In this document: one piece after another, positions 1-9,820 of the stretch | How the letters are laid out: every line of letters starts with the position of its first letter | How positions within the stretch are numbered: position 1 is the stretch's first letter | Assembly (NCBI GenBank): GCA_965243135.1 | Contig: OZ251539.1 | Span: forward strand, 1,760,001 to 1,824,000 | Source: Alphaproteobacteria bacterium | GTDB lineage: Bacteria > Pseudomonadota > Alphaproteobacteria > MPNO01 > UBA830 | Reading direction: 5' to 3' | Length of the DNA: 64,000 bases | Made by a program: the position numbers and the translations under genes | The notes under the pieces: generated by a model | Told to the model about the DNA's origin: nothing | What the model saw: only the letters and a program-made list of their open reading frames with translations | Databases searched by the model: none

Positions 1-1
1 G

Positions 2-61
2 AGCCAAGGCGAGGCGGCGGAGGGCGCTTCCGGGCGCACCTTCCTGTCTCAATTGCTGTGA
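2..61 (+). CDS. 3' end of a gene running in from the left edge, possibly an amino-acid ABC ATPase
   Basis: Frame 2 reads SQGEAAEGASGRTFLSQLL* (TGA 59-61); RTxxFLSQ(I/L)L resembles the C-terminus of polar amino-acid ABC ATPases. Confidence 0.3.
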   Translation, partial: SQGEAAEGASGRTFLSQLL

Positions 62-512
62 TGGCGCAGGCTCCTTCGGCAGTCGCTCTCCGCCCGGCCG
101 TCGGCAAGGGTCGCGAAAGTGGATTCCGCTCGAATCTGCGGCAATCGAGGCGAACTAGAGGCGCGCCGAATCGCCAGTCCGAATGCCGTTCAAGCTGCCG
201 GGTTCGAACATGTCGACCAGGCTCACTTCAGTTCGATGTTCGACGCGTGTTTCGCTCGCACGAAACGCGGCTTGCCGTCGAGGAAACAAAATACGCCGCT
301 TCGTCGATCCCGCTGCTCGACAACGGTCTTTTCTCGAAGGCCTGTGAAGGCCTTTATCGAAGTGGGACGAACGACATTTCTGCCGGTTTTCGGGTTGATC
401 TTTTCCGGCGAATCGAATATCGTGAAGAGCGTCGTCGCTCATCAGTGGCGGCCCCTCGCCTGTATTGCGAGGATCGCGCTGCAGCTGCTAACGTTTCAGG
501 GTTGAGCGGAGG

Positions 513-1364
513 ATGACGAAAATGATTGGAGAAAATCCAATCCGTTTCGGAGGAGAATGGACGGAGAGAAAACTTGATATTCTACAGCGTTATCTGGATG
601 CATATACGACCGTTATGACAAATCAGCGCTTCCGCCTGATGTACATCGATGCGTTTGCCGGCGAGGGCCAGATTGGTATACGTGAAGATGACGATGGCGT
701 CCGTTTCCTGCGCGGTTCGTCCGAAAGAGCGCTGAGTATCGGAAATAGACCGTTTGACCGGCTCGTCTTTGTCGAGAAGGATCGGGGAAGATGCGAAGAA
801 CTCGAACTTCTCCGCGAACAACATCTTGAAAGGGACGTGAGGATAGAAAATGCGGATGCAAACGATTTTTTACGCAATCTTCAAGAAGACTGGAGGAACT
901 GGCGCGGGGTTCTTTTCCTCGATCCGTTCGCCGCTCAAGTCAAATGGTCCACGATAAAGACTATAGCGGCCTTCAACGCGCTCGATACGTGGCTTCTTTT
1001 TCCGGTGTCCGCGATCGCGAGAATTCTTCCGAGGACACGCAGGCCGGAGGACGTTTCAAGGGAATGGGAGGCACGTCTGAATCTCGTTTATGGAGACGAG
1101 AGTTGGAAAGACCTTTACAGAGTGCGGAGGCAGGGGAATCTCTTCGGAGAACGTGAATACGAAAGAAATCCTGGCGTTGACGGGTTGATGGAAATTTACA
1201 AGAAAAATCTGCGTAATTTGTTTGGGGAAAGATTTTCAAATAGATCGGCAACATTCACGAGTTCCAGAAATTCCCCGCTGTTCGAATTTCTTTTTTGCGT
1301 CGGACATCCGAGCGGAGTTAAAATTGCAACCAAGATAGCGAAGCATATCCTTGATCACGAATGA
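513..1364 (+). CDS. tcmP: Three-Cys-motif partner protein TcmP (SAM-dependent methyltransferase-like fold)
   Basis: FGGEWTERKLDILQRYL, YIDAFAGEG (SAM-binding motif I), FVEKD, LFLDPF; adjacent to a DUF5131 gene. ATG 522 is better spaced from GGAGG (508-512) than ATG 513. Confidence 0.85.
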   Translation: MTKMIGENPIRFGGEWTERKLDILQRYLDAYTTVMTNQRFRLMYIDAFAGEGQIGIREDDDGVRFLRGSSERALSIGNRPFDRLVFVEKDRGRCEELELLREQHLERDVRIENADANDFLRNLQEDWRNWRGVLFLDPFAAQVKWSTIKTIAAFNALDTWLLFPVSAIARILPRTRRPEDVSREWEARLNLVYGDESWKDLYRVRRQGNLFGEREYERNPGVDGLMEIYKKNLRNLFGERFSNRSATFTSSRNSPLFEFLFCVGHPSGVKIATKIAKHILDHE

Positions 1365-2101
1365 GCAATCCGCAAGCGTTTCGGATCGGGGAATTCGTCC
1401 CAGGTTCTGCCGTCCAGCTTTCTCCCGCCCGACTTGGCGCGCGCGCCGCCCCACTGCTTGAAGAAGAACGCGGTTTCGCGGCCGCTGCATTGGTCGCGCA
1501 GCTCTCGCGCCCATTCGGGTTCCATCGGCCGCGCTCCCGGACCGCTTTCGCCTCCGACGATCGCCCAGGCGATGCCGTCGAGGTCGATGGGACAGACAGG
1601 GCCGAGCAGGGGCTCGAACGAAACGAACCGGACTGCCGCCGGCGTTCGTTTCAAATGCTCCAGCCGTCCGGCGCGCTCGCGGTTCTCGATCGATACTCCG
1701 AGCCATATATGGCCCGGCGCTCCGGCTTCGCCGTAGCGCCGACGGATATAGCCGCGCATGCGGGACGAACGCTTGGTCAATACCTGATAGACATGTCGCG
1801 ATGTCCGCTCCATGGCTTCGAACACCTGGTCCACGAACGCCTCCGGCACCCGCTTGTGGAAAAGGTCGCTCATCGAGTTGACGAATATCCGCTTCGGCTT
1901 GCGCCAGCGTTCCGGCGCGGCGAGCCGCGCCGGCCATAGCCTCAGATCGAAACCCTGCTGATACGGATGGCCTGCGACGCCGCGCCAGCGCTCGGCGAAT
2001 CGGGCCGCGTAGCAATTGTCGCAGCCGGGGCCGATCTTCGTGCACCCCGTCACGGGATTCCACGTCGCGTCGGTCCATTCGATTTGCGTCGCTTGCGCCA
2101 T
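1355..2101 (-). CDS. DUF5131 / phage Gp37-Gp68 family radical-SAM-like protein
   Basis: IEWTDATWNPVTGCTKIGPGCDNCYA (C-x6-C-x2-C), IFVNSMSDLFH, QVLTKR, SFEPLLG, IVGGESG, FFFKQWGG; start at ATG 2101. Confidence 0.92.
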   Translation of the reverse strand: MAQATQIEWTDATWNPVTGCTKIGPGCDNCYAARFAERWRGVAGHPYQQGFDLRLWPARLAAPERWRKPKRIFVNSMSDLFHKRVPEAFVDQVFEAMERTSRHVYQVLTKRSSRMRGYIRRRYGEAGAPGHIWLGVSIENRERAGRLEHLKRTPAAVRFVSFEPLLGPVCPIDLDGIAWAIVGGESGPGARPMEPEWARELRDQCSGRETAFFFKQWGGARAKSGGRKLDGRTWDEFPDPKRLRIAHS

Positions 2102-2111
2102 TTCGACGTTC

Positions 2112-2126
2112 GTTCTAGGCTTGTTC
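2112..2126 (-). promoter_or_regulatory. Alphaproteobacterial LexA (SOS) box
   Basis: GTTC-TAGGCTT-GTTC on + (GAAC-N7-GAAC on -), 10 nt upstream of the DUF5131 ATG. Confidence 0.7.
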
Positions 2127-2140
2127 TCTTTCGGCGTCAA
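2112..2140 (-). promoter_or_regulatory. Sigma70-type promoter of the DUF5131 gene
   Basis: Minus strand TTGACG (2140-2135), 17 nt, TAGAAC (2117-2112); no Shine-Dalgarno, predicted TSS only a few nt before the ATG. Confidence 0.6.
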
Positions 2141-2365
2141 CGGTATTTTATCGCCGCCTCGCCCTGACTCAACGTGCGAGCGCGTCCATACTTCCTCGAA
2201 CTTCGTCAGTCCCTGTCGCATCCACCTTCTTGGTTTGGAAGCGTTCTAAACAGGGTACATGGACCGGACATATCATCTGTTACTGACAGCGGCTCCGCCG
2301 GCGTCTGGCGGCGGTCACGACGGGCTGTTAGGCTTCAGGCGCCGCCATAACGAAAGGGCGCTTCA

Positions 2366-4006
2366 ATGAACGGAGCCGACGTCGTCGCCGATATCCTCAA
2401 GATCGAAGGTACGGAATTCCTTTCGTGCTATCCCCGAAACCCGGCGATCGAAGCGTGCGCGAAACGAGACATCCGGCCGATCCTGTGCCGACAGGAACGG
2501 GTCGGAGTCGGCATCGCCGACGGTTACACGCGGATCCGGCGCGGCAGGGTCAACGGCGTGTTCGCCGTCCAGCACGGTCCGGGAATCGAGAACGCGTTCG
2601 CCGGGGTCGCCCAAGCCTATTCGGAGAACGTTCCCGTTCTCGTTCTGCCGGCCGGATCGGCGCTCGACCGCCAGTACCGGCATCCCACCTTCAGCGCCGT
2701 CGAGGCTTTCGCTTCCGTGACCAAGTGGCGCGCTCGCGCCCACGACGTCCGGGAATTGCCGGACCTGCTTCGCCAGGCCTATCAGGCGATGCGAACCGGC
2801 AAGCCGGGTCCGGCGCTGCTCGAAATCCCCGCCGAAGTCTGGGACCAGGACTACGAGGGCGAACTGGACTACGAGCCGGTGCGGTTTCTGCCGCAGGCGC
2901 CGGATCCCGCCGCCGTGGCCCGCGCGGCCGAACTCCTCGAGGAAGCGGAAAACCCGGTTATCTGGGCCGGACAGGGCGTTCTGTACGCCGACGCGGCCGC
3001 CGAACTCCTGGCGCTCGCCGAAGCGCTTCCCGCGCCGGTCATGACCACGAACCCGGGCAAGAGCGCGTTTCCGGAAGACCATCCCCTCGCCCTCGGCGCC
3101 AGCACCCGCTCGAGGCCCCGCATGCTGACCGGAATGATGCGGAAATGCGACCTTCTCTTCGCGGTCGGATCCAGCCTGACGAAAACGCCGTTCGGCCCCA
3201 TGGTCCCGCCCGGCAAGCGGATCGTCCATTCGACGAACGACGCGAGCGACATCAACAAGGACTACCGCGCCGAACACGCCGTGCTGGGCGACGCGAAGCA
3301 AGTTCTCGCAGGCATCGGCAAAGCGGTCGGCTCGTCGAGGAACGAGAACGCGATGCGCCGGCTGACCGGAGAAATCGCCGATCTGAAAAGCGCCTGGCTC
3401 GCCGACTGGAGCGATCAACTGAATTCGGACGAGGTTCCTCTCAACCAGTACCGCATCATTTCCGACATGATGAACGAGGTGGATCGCGACCGGGTCGTCG
3501 TCACGCACGATTCGGGCAGTCCGCGAGAGCAGATGATCCCGTTCTGGCGGGCGACGCGGCCGCTCTCCTATCTCGGATGGGGCAAGTCGACCCAGCTCGG
3601 CTACGGGCTGGGCCTGAACATGGGAGCGAAGCTCGCGGCGCCGGACAAGCTCTGCATCAACGTCATGGGAGACGCCGCCGTCGGCATGACGGGCATGGAT
3701 CTCGAGACGGCGGCGCGCAACGGCATCGGCATTCTCACCGTGGTGTTCAACAACGGCGTCATGGCGGCGGAGCGCGACGTGCTCCGGGTTTCGACGGAAA
3801 AATACGGCGCCCTCGCCGTCGGCGGAAACTACGCCACGGTCGCGAAAGGACTCGGCGTATCCTCGATTCGGGTGGAAGCGCCGGACGCGTTCGTCCCGGC
3901 GTTGCGCCGGGCGACGGAGGTCACGGCTTCGGGCAGGCCTTTCCTGATCGAGTGCGTCGTCAAGGAAGGATACGACTTCTCCCGCGAGCAGCTCGCCGGA
4001 TTGTAA
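2366..4006 (+). CDS. Thiamine pyrophosphate-requiring enzyme (acetolactate synthase large subunit-like)
   Basis: CRQERVG catalytic Glu, QHGPGIEN, MGDAA...NN TPP motif. Confidence 0.9.
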   Translation: MNGADVVADILKIEGTEFLSCYPRNPAIEACAKRDIRPILCRQERVGVGIADGYTRIRRGRVNGVFAVQHGPGIENAFAGVAQAYSENVPVLVLPAGSALDRQYRHPTFSAVEAFASVTKWRARAHDVRELPDLLRQAYQAMRTGKPGPALLEIPAEVWDQDYEGELDYEPVRFLPQAPDPAAVARAAELLEEAENPVIWAGQGVLYADAAAELLALAEALPAPVMTTNPGKSAFPEDHPLALGASTRSRPRMLTGMMRKCDLLFAVGSSLTKTPFGPMVPPGKRIVHSTNDASDINKDYRAEHAVLGDAKQVLAGIGKAVGSSRNENAMRRLTGEIADLKSAWLADWSDQLNSDEVPLNQYRIISDMMNEVDRDRVVVTHDSGSPREQMIPFWRATRPLSYLGWGKSTQLGYGLGLNMGAKLAAPDKLCINVMGDAAVGMTGMDLETAARNGIGILTVVFNNGVMAAERDVLRVSTEKYGALAVGGNYATVAKGLGVSSIRVEAPDAFVPALRRATEVTASGRPFLIECVVKEGYDFSREQLAGL

Positions 4007-4032
4007 ACCGTTCGCCGCGTTTCCGGCTTCGG

Positions 4033-5427
4033 TCAGGACATCGTGCGCGGCAGCCACAGGACGATGTCGGGCACGGCCACCAGCACGGCGACCGTCAGCA
4101 CGTCCGCGACGAAGAACGGGCCGATGCCGCGGAACACGTCCTGCAGCGGAATCGCGAGGGACTTGCCCTCTTCGTCGCGCAGTTCGCGCGAAACTCCGGC
4201 GACGACGAAGCAGTTCAGGCCGATGGGCGGCGTCACGAGGCAGATTTCCGCCATCTTGACCACGATGATGCCGAACCAGATCGGGTCGTAGCCGAGCGCG
4301 ATGACGGCCGGATAGACCACCGGCAGGGTCAGCACGAGCATACCTATGGCGTCCATGAACATGCCGAGCACGGCATAGGCCAGCAGGATGCAGATCATGA
4401 TCAGGATCGGCGGCAGATCGAGCGAAACGATCCAGTCGGCGAACGCGCCGGGAAGGCCGGCGAAGCCGAGGAACCGGACGAACAGGAACACGCCCCATAT
4501 CAGGCTGAAAATCATCGCCGTGAGCTTGGCGGTTTCCATCAGGGCTTCCCGCAGCCTGCCCTTCATTTGCTTGAGCGATTTCTCCCTCCAGGCCCGCAGA
4601 ACGTAGAATCCGAACACGACCATCGCGCCCAGCGCCCCCGCTTCCGTCGGCGTCGCCGCGCCGGTGTAGAGCGCCCCGAAGATGATGCCGATCACCAGGA
4701 ATATGGGGAGCGTGCCGGGCAGGCTCGCGAAGCGCTGCCGCCAGGTGAAGCCGCCGATGGGCCGTCCGAGGTCGCGCCGGGCCGTGCACATGGCGACGAT
4801 CAGGGCCGCGTAGATGAGCGCCGACACCAGCCCCGGCAAGAATCCGGCGAGAAGAAGCTTTCCGACCGACTGCTCGACGATGATCGCGTAGACCACGAGG
4901 ATCGCCGACGGCGGGATCAGCGACGCCAGCGTTCCGCCCGCCGCGATGACGCCCGCGGTCAGCCTCCGGTCGTAGCGGTTGCGGAGCATGTCGGGTATGG
5001 CGACGCGGGAAAAGACGGCGGCCGTCGCCGTGGAAGCGCCGGACACGGCCGCGAATCCGGCGGTCGCGAAAACGGTCGCGACCGCCAGCCCGCCCGGCAC
5101 CCATCCCACCCAGCGCCGGGCCGCCTCGAACAGCCGCGACGTGAGCCCGGCGTAGAACGAGAGAAAACCGATAAGAATGAAAAGCGGCAGCACCGACAGC
5201 GGATAGGTAACGATCTTCGAATGGGGAATGGTGCCCGCCACCGAAGCGGCCACGTTCCAGCCCTTCAGGACGAGCAGTCCGAGAAAGCCGGTCAGCGCGG
5301 CGGCGACGAACACCCTGACGCCGAGCGCGACCAGGACGACGAGCAGGCAGACGCCGGCGACGCCGAGCGAAAAGTCGTCAAGAACCAGAGGGAGCCCCTC
5401 CCCTTGCCGGCCTGTTCCCTCCCGCAT
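4033..5427 (-). CDS. dctM: TRAP transporter large permease
   Basis: AGGTLASLIPPS, TPTEA, TPPIGLNCFV; highly hydrophobic; start uncertain. Confidence 0.92.
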   Translation of the reverse strand: MREGTGRQGEGLPLVLDDFSLGVAGVCLLVVLVALGVRVFVAAALTGFLGLLVLKGWNVAASVAGTIPHSKIVTYPLSVLPLFILIGFLSFYAGLTSRLFEAARRWVGWVPGGLAVATVFATAGFAAVSGASTATAAVFSRVAIPDMLRNRYDRRLTAGVIAAGGTLASLIPPSAILVVYAIIVEQSVGKLLLAGFLPGLVSALIYAALIVAMCTARRDLGRPIGGFTWRQRFASLPGTLPIFLVIGIIFGALYTGAATPTEAGALGAMVVFGFYVLRAWREKSLKQMKGRLREALMETAKLTAMIFSLIWGVFLFVRFLGFAGLPGAFADWIVSLDLPPILIMICILLAYAVLGMFMDAIGMLVLTLPVVYPAVIALGYDPIWFGIIVVKMAEICLVTPPIGLNCFVVAGVSRELRDEEGKSLAIPLQDVFRGIGPFFVADVLTVAVLVAVPDIVLWLPRTMS

Positions 5428-6004
5428 GCCGGATTTCCTCGGCGGCGAGCGCCTCCGCGTCCTTCAGCGTCGGAACCGCGACCGCCCGGCGGGAAGGGTC
5501 CGCCGTCAGCCGCAGGTAGTCGGCCAGCTGCAGCGCCAGGCGAAGCAATAAAACGCTCAGCGCGGCGGGCACGAGGAGCTTGGCGGGCCAGGTCGCGATC
5601 TCGATGTCGATCGTGCTGTCGCCGAATTCGAGAGCGCGTTCGAAATGGCGGTAGGAATAGGGAATCAGCACGGCGACGATGAAAATAGCGACCGCCGCGC
5701 CCGCCGCCTCGACGATCCACAGGAGGCGGCCCTTCAAGCGCGAAACCAGAAGTTCCATCCGCACGTGGCCGCCGACGCGCTGCACGAACGCTATCGACAG
5801 GATGGCGAACCCCACCATGGAAACCTCGACGATGTCGATGTAGCCGAATATGGGCGTCCGGAAGGCCGTGCGCAGGACGATCTGGACCATGCCCAGAAAC
5901 ATCAGCGCGAAGATCAGGAGGCCGGCGCCCAGATTCAGCCAGTTCTCGACGGCCGCCAGCAGGCGGTCGGCCCGGCCGAGCCATCGCCCGAAAGGATCGG
6001 TCAC
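5378..6004 (-). CDS. dctQ: TRAP transporter small permease
   Basis: 4 TM segments, GGHVRMELL; lies between dctP and dctM. Confidence 0.88.
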   Translation of the reverse strand: MTDPFGRWLGRADRLLAAVENWLNLGAGLLIFALMFLGMVQIVLRTAFRTPIFGYIDIVEVSMVGFAILSIAFVQRVGGHVRMELLVSRLKGRLLWIVEAAGAAVAIFIVAVLIPYSYRHFERALEFGDSTIDIEIATWPAKLLVPAALSVLLLRLALQLADYLRLTADPSRRAVAVPTLKDAEALAAEEIRHAGGNRPARGGAPSGS

Positions 6005-6032
6005 GACGGTTCGACCGGCGAGCCGCTCTTGC

Positions 6033-7067
6033 CTATTCGTAGGTTCGGCCTGCGGCCTTGAACATGGTCTGCACCAGGCCCCGGGCGTCGAACTTGTCCT
6101 TGTTGGCTTCGATCCACGCCTCGATCACCGGCTTGCCGGCCGCGTTCCGGAAAGCGGCGAGTTGTTCTTCCGTATACCGGACCTCCTTGAGCTTGGACTT
6201 CAGCATCGGCAGGTTCTTCTTGTCGATGTCGATATAGGCCTGGATCTGGGCCGCGATGACGTCTTCCTTTACGTCCTCGAGAAGCTTCCGGTACTGCGGC
6301 GGCAATTTCTCGTAGGCCTTGATGGAAAACACCACCGGACAGTCCGACGTGCCCGGCGCCAGGTTGGCCGTGTACCACTCGGTGACCTCGTGGATCTTGT
6401 AGGCGACGTGACTGTAGGTGAACGGAAAGGACGCCGCGTCCATCGTGCCCTGCTGCACGCCGGTGTAGACCTCGGTCGCGGTAGAGCTTGTCGGGGTCGC
6501 GCCGAGCGTCTTCATCGCCTGACCGACGCCGCCGCCGGCGCGCACGGTGAGGCCTTTCCAGTCATCGAGACTGACGGGCGGCTTTCCCTTCCCGAGAAAC
6601 TCGTATTGCGGCAGGTAGGACGACGTGTAGGTCATCGCGTTCCAGCGCGCCAACTCCTTCATGACCGCCGGATGGGCGTAAACCGCGTCGCGAATCTTGC
6701 GGTTGGCCGCCCAGTCGCTCATCGGCAGGAACGGCATGGTGAGAACCATCAGCGCCGGGTTCTTCTTCGGATGATAGAAGTTGCAGAACATCGCCGCTTG
6801 GAAAGCGTCGACGGAGATCCCGTCGAGATTTTCGCGGGATTTGGACAGCGCGCCGCCGTAATGCAGAACGATCCGCCAGTTGCCGCCCGTTTTCTCCCCG
6901 ACCATCGCGGAGAGCCGTTCCACGCCCGCGGTGAACGCTCGCTTCTTTCCCCAAAGGGACACGTCCCATTTGAGTTCGGGACCCTGCACATCCGCCGCTT
7001 GGGCCGCCGGGATCGCCAGAGCGCCGATCACGCAAGCCAGAACGCCAGCCTTCGTTATTCTGTTCAT
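6033..7067 (-). CDS. dctP: TRAP substrate-binding protein
   Basis: Signal peptide, DWKGLTVRAGG, EVYTGVQQGTMD. Confidence 0.9.
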   Translation of the reverse strand: MNRITKAGVLACVIGALAIPAAQAADVQGPELKWDVSLWGKKRAFTAGVERLSAMVGEKTGGNWRIVLHYGGALSKSRENLDGISVDAFQAAMFCNFYHPKKNPALMVLTMPFLPMSDWAANRKIRDAVYAHPAVMKELARWNAMTYTSSYLPQYEFLGKGKPPVSLDDWKGLTVRAGGGVGQAMKTLGATPTSSTATEVYTGVQQGTMDAASFPFTYSHVAYKIHEVTEWYTANLAPGTSDCPVVFSIKAYEKLPPQYRKLLEDVKEDVIAAQIQAYIDIDKKNLPMLKSKLKEVRYTEEQLAAFRNAAGKPVIEAWIEANKDKFDARGLVQTMFKAAGRTYE

Positions 7068-7181
7068 CCGATCTCTCCCTTGTCGCCGCTTTCCTCGCGG
7101 CCATACCGGATATTATCGCAGAGCGGTCCGGCAAGAAACTCCCGTCCCGGACGGCGCCGAAACGACAGGAGACGACGCAGC

Positions 7182-8345
7182 ATGGAGTTCGCGCTTACGA
7201 CCGATCAGACCGCCGTCGTGGACGGGATCGGAAAGGTTATCGAAGGTTTCGACGACGCCTACTGGTTGCAAAGGGATCGGGACGGCGAATTTCCGGACGC
7301 ATTCTACCGGGCGATCGCCGCGGGCGGCTGGCTCGGCATCGCCCTGCCGGAGGAGTACGGCGGATCGGGGCTCGGCGTTGCGGAGGCGGCCCTCATGATG
7401 GAAGCCATCGCCGGGTCGGGCGGCGCGATGGCGGCCGCATCGAGCGTTCACATGAACGTGTTCGGGCCGCGCGCCATCGTCGCGCATGCCGATCGCAGGC
7501 AAAAATCCAGCTGGCTGCCCGCCCTCGTCGCAGGCGAATCCAAAATGTCGTTCGCGGTGACGGAGCCGGACGCCGGTCTCGATACGACGCGCATCGCCAC
7601 GCGGGCCGTGCGCGACGGCGACCATTACCTGGTGCATGGACGCAAGCTCTGGACGTCAACGGCGCAGGTCGCGGACAAGATCATGCTGCTCGCGCGAACG
7701 TCCCCGCGGCGCGACGAAGAGCCTTCCCGCGGGCTGAGCCTTTTTTTCACCGACCTGGACCGCCGGACGGCCGAGGTCCGGGAAATCGACAAGATGGGGC
7801 GAAAGGCGGTGGATTCCAACGAAATCCGCTTCGACGGCATGCGCGTTCCGGCGGAAGACCGGATCGGCGAGGAGGGAATGGGGTTTCGTTACCTTCTCCA
7901 CAGCCTGAACCCGGAGCGCATTCTCGTCGCGGCCGAGGCGGTCGGCATCGGCCGGGACGCGCTGAGACGAGCGGCGCGCTACGCCGGAGAGCGCGTCGTC
8001 TTCGAACGCCGCATCGGGCAGAACCAGTCCATCCAGCATCCGCTGGCGGCGAATTGGGCCGCGCTCGAAAGCGCTTTCCTCAGCGTCATGAAGGCCGCCT
8101 GGCTGTACGACCGCGGACAACCTTGCGGAATCGAGGCCAACGCGGCGAAGTACCTCGCCGCCGAGGCGGGGTTCGACGCCTGCCGGCAGGCCGTCTTGAC
8201 GCATGGCGGGATGGGATACGCGCGGGAATTCCACGTGGAGCGGCTGATGCGGGAAGTCATGATCCCCTGCCTCGCTCCGGTGAGCCAGCAAATGGCGCTG
8301 AATTTCATAGCCGAGCGCGCTCTCGATCTTCCCAAATCCTATTGA
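7182..8345 (+). CDS. Acyl-CoA dehydrogenase
   Basis: MEFALT start after AGGAG; PEEYGG, FAVTEPDAG, GRKLWTS, HGGMGYAREFHVER. Confidence 0.92.
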   Translation: MEFALTTDQTAVVDGIGKVIEGFDDAYWLQRDRDGEFPDAFYRAIAAGGWLGIALPEEYGGSGLGVAEAALMMEAIAGSGGAMAAASSVHMNVFGPRAIVAHADRRQKSSWLPALVAGESKMSFAVTEPDAGLDTTRIATRAVRDGDHYLVHGRKLWTSTAQVADKIMLLARTSPRRDEEPSRGLSLFFTDLDRRTAEVREIDKMGRKAVDSNEIRFDGMRVPAEDRIGEEGMGFRYLLHSLNPERILVAAEAVGIGRDALRRAARYAGERVVFERRIGQNQSIQHPLAANWAALESAFLSVMKAAWLYDRGQPCGIEANAAKYLAAEAGFDACRQAVLTHGGMGYAREFHVERLMREVMIPCLAPVSQQMALNFIAERALDLPKSY

Positions 8346-8472
8346 AGAAAAGGGTGGACGTCGGCGCGCGCGGCCCGGGCCCTGGAAACTCGGCGCGCGG
8401 CCTGCGGACGGACCGGCCGCGCGGCGGATTGTGTTACACTTCAACGCTTCCCGAGACGACGCGAGGACAGGG

Positions 8473-9684
8473 ATGAGCGCGATTGCCAAGGCGAAGGACG
8501 ACGCCGGTCCCGAGGAATTCGTCGCTCGCGCGGCCGCTCTCCGCCCGATGATCGCCGAACGGGCGGCGGAAACGGAGGCCGGCCGGCAGGTTCCGATGGA
8601 TATCGTCGACGAGGTCCGCGCCGGCGATTTTTTCCGCCTCCTGCAGCCCCGGCAGTTCGGGGGACTGGAATACGACATCGCCACTGCGATGCGTTGCGTC
8701 ATCGAATGGGCTGCGGCCGACTGCTCCACCGGCTGGGTGTGTTCGCTCGGGGTCGTCCATCAATGGTTGATCGCCCAGTTTCCCCTGCCCTGCCAGGAAG
8801 AAGTCTGGGGAAGCGCCCCGGGAACGATCGCTTGCGGTTCCTACGCTCCTGCGGGCGATTGCGTCTCGACCGAAGGCGGCTATCGGGTAACCGGCCGCTA
8901 TCATTTCGCGAGCGGCGTCGACGTGACGGACTGGGCGATTATCGGCGTCTTCTTTCCGTCCGAGGAGGACGGGGAAGAACCGGTTCCGGGTTTCGCCATG
9001 GTTCCGAAGACGGACTTCCGGGTCGAGGACGACTGGCACGTGATGGGTCTGGCGGGAACGGGGTCGAAGACCGTGGTTTGCGAGAACGTCTACGTCCCCG
9101 CGCATCGCCGCGTCACTTTCGCCGATCTCGCGTCCGGAAATTCGCCGGGATACCGCGCTCTGCGGAGCGATCTGTATCGCTACCCGGTCCTGTCGCTTGT
9201 CGCGTACGGCATCGCGACGCCGGCGCTCGGGTGCCTGAAGGGCGCGCTCGAAGACTGTCTGAACGTCATGGACGGCCGCGTAACGCGGGGGGCCGTCGTG
9301 CTCGGCGGCCAAAGGGTTCGGGACTTTCAGGCCGTGCAGATGCGGGTCGGCCGGGCCGCCGCCAGTCTCAAGGCCGCTCGCGCGATGCTGTTCGAGCAAC
9401 TCGAACTGTCGCGCGCGAAGATCATCGACCGGAAAGAACCGTTGACCGTCGCGGACCGGATGGAAAACCGGATCGCGCAGGCGAAAATGGTCGAGATGTC
9501 GGTCGAGGGATTGGAACAACTGTTCGGAGCGGTCGGCGGCCAGGGGATTCGCGCGTCCCACCGCGTTCAGCGGGCGTGGCGCGATGCGCATGCGATCGCG
9601 CACCACATCAGCTTCAACTGGGATGCGCTCAGCGCGATGTACGGGCAACATCTGATGGGACTCGAGCCGCAGGGACAATATTGA
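8473..9684 (+). CDS. Two-component flavin-dependent monooxygenase, oxygenase subunit (HsaA/C2-HpaH-like, ACAD fold)
   Basis: LLQPRQFGG, FASGVD, DDWHVMGLAGTGSK, QRAWRDAHAIAHH. Confidence 0.85.
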   Translation: MSAIAKAKDDAGPEEFVARAAALRPMIAERAAETEAGRQVPMDIVDEVRAGDFFRLLQPRQFGGLEYDIATAMRCVIEWAAADCSTGWVCSLGVVHQWLIAQFPLPCQEEVWGSAPGTIACGSYAPAGDCVSTEGGYRVTGRYHFASGVDVTDWAIIGVFFPSEEDGEEPVPGFAMVPKTDFRVEDDWHVMGLAGTGSKTVVCENVYVPAHRRVTFADLASGNSPGYRALRSDLYRYPVLSLVAYGIATPALGCLKGALEDCLNVMDGRVTRGAVVLGGQRVRDFQAVQMRVGRAAASLKAARAMLFEQLELSRAKIIDRKEPLTVADRMENRIAQAKMVEMSVEGLEQLFGAVGGQGIRASHRVQRAWRDAHAIAHHISFNWDALSAMYGQHLMGLEPQGQY

Positions 9685-9820
9685 ACTCCGCTGCCCCGCC
9701 CCGGCGGCGAAGATCCCGGAAAAATGTCCGTGAGCCGCGATTCCGGAACGTCGTCCGGACTTTCGGAACGCGGGACCATGATCGTTTCCGGCGGGGCGGG
9801 CGCGGCAGAAGGAGAAACTA

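Noticed and set aside
58-516. Three overlapping short ORFs upstream of tcmP
   Set aside because: No recognisable motifs or SD, and they conflict with each other; possibly degenerate DNA
2363-5682. Very long ORFs (913 and 1085 aa) and similar ones at 21928-25212, 25975-28368 and 56082-59573
   Set aside because: Arg/Gly/Pro-rich shadow frames of real high-GC genes on the other strand or frame
5850-8345. 831-aa ORF suggesting a long N-terminal extension on the acyl-CoA dehydrogenase (similar cases: LysR 34161, narH 55524, narJ 54340, TauD 51120)
   Set aside because: The upstream parts overlap neighbouring genes; internal starts give normal-sized proteins
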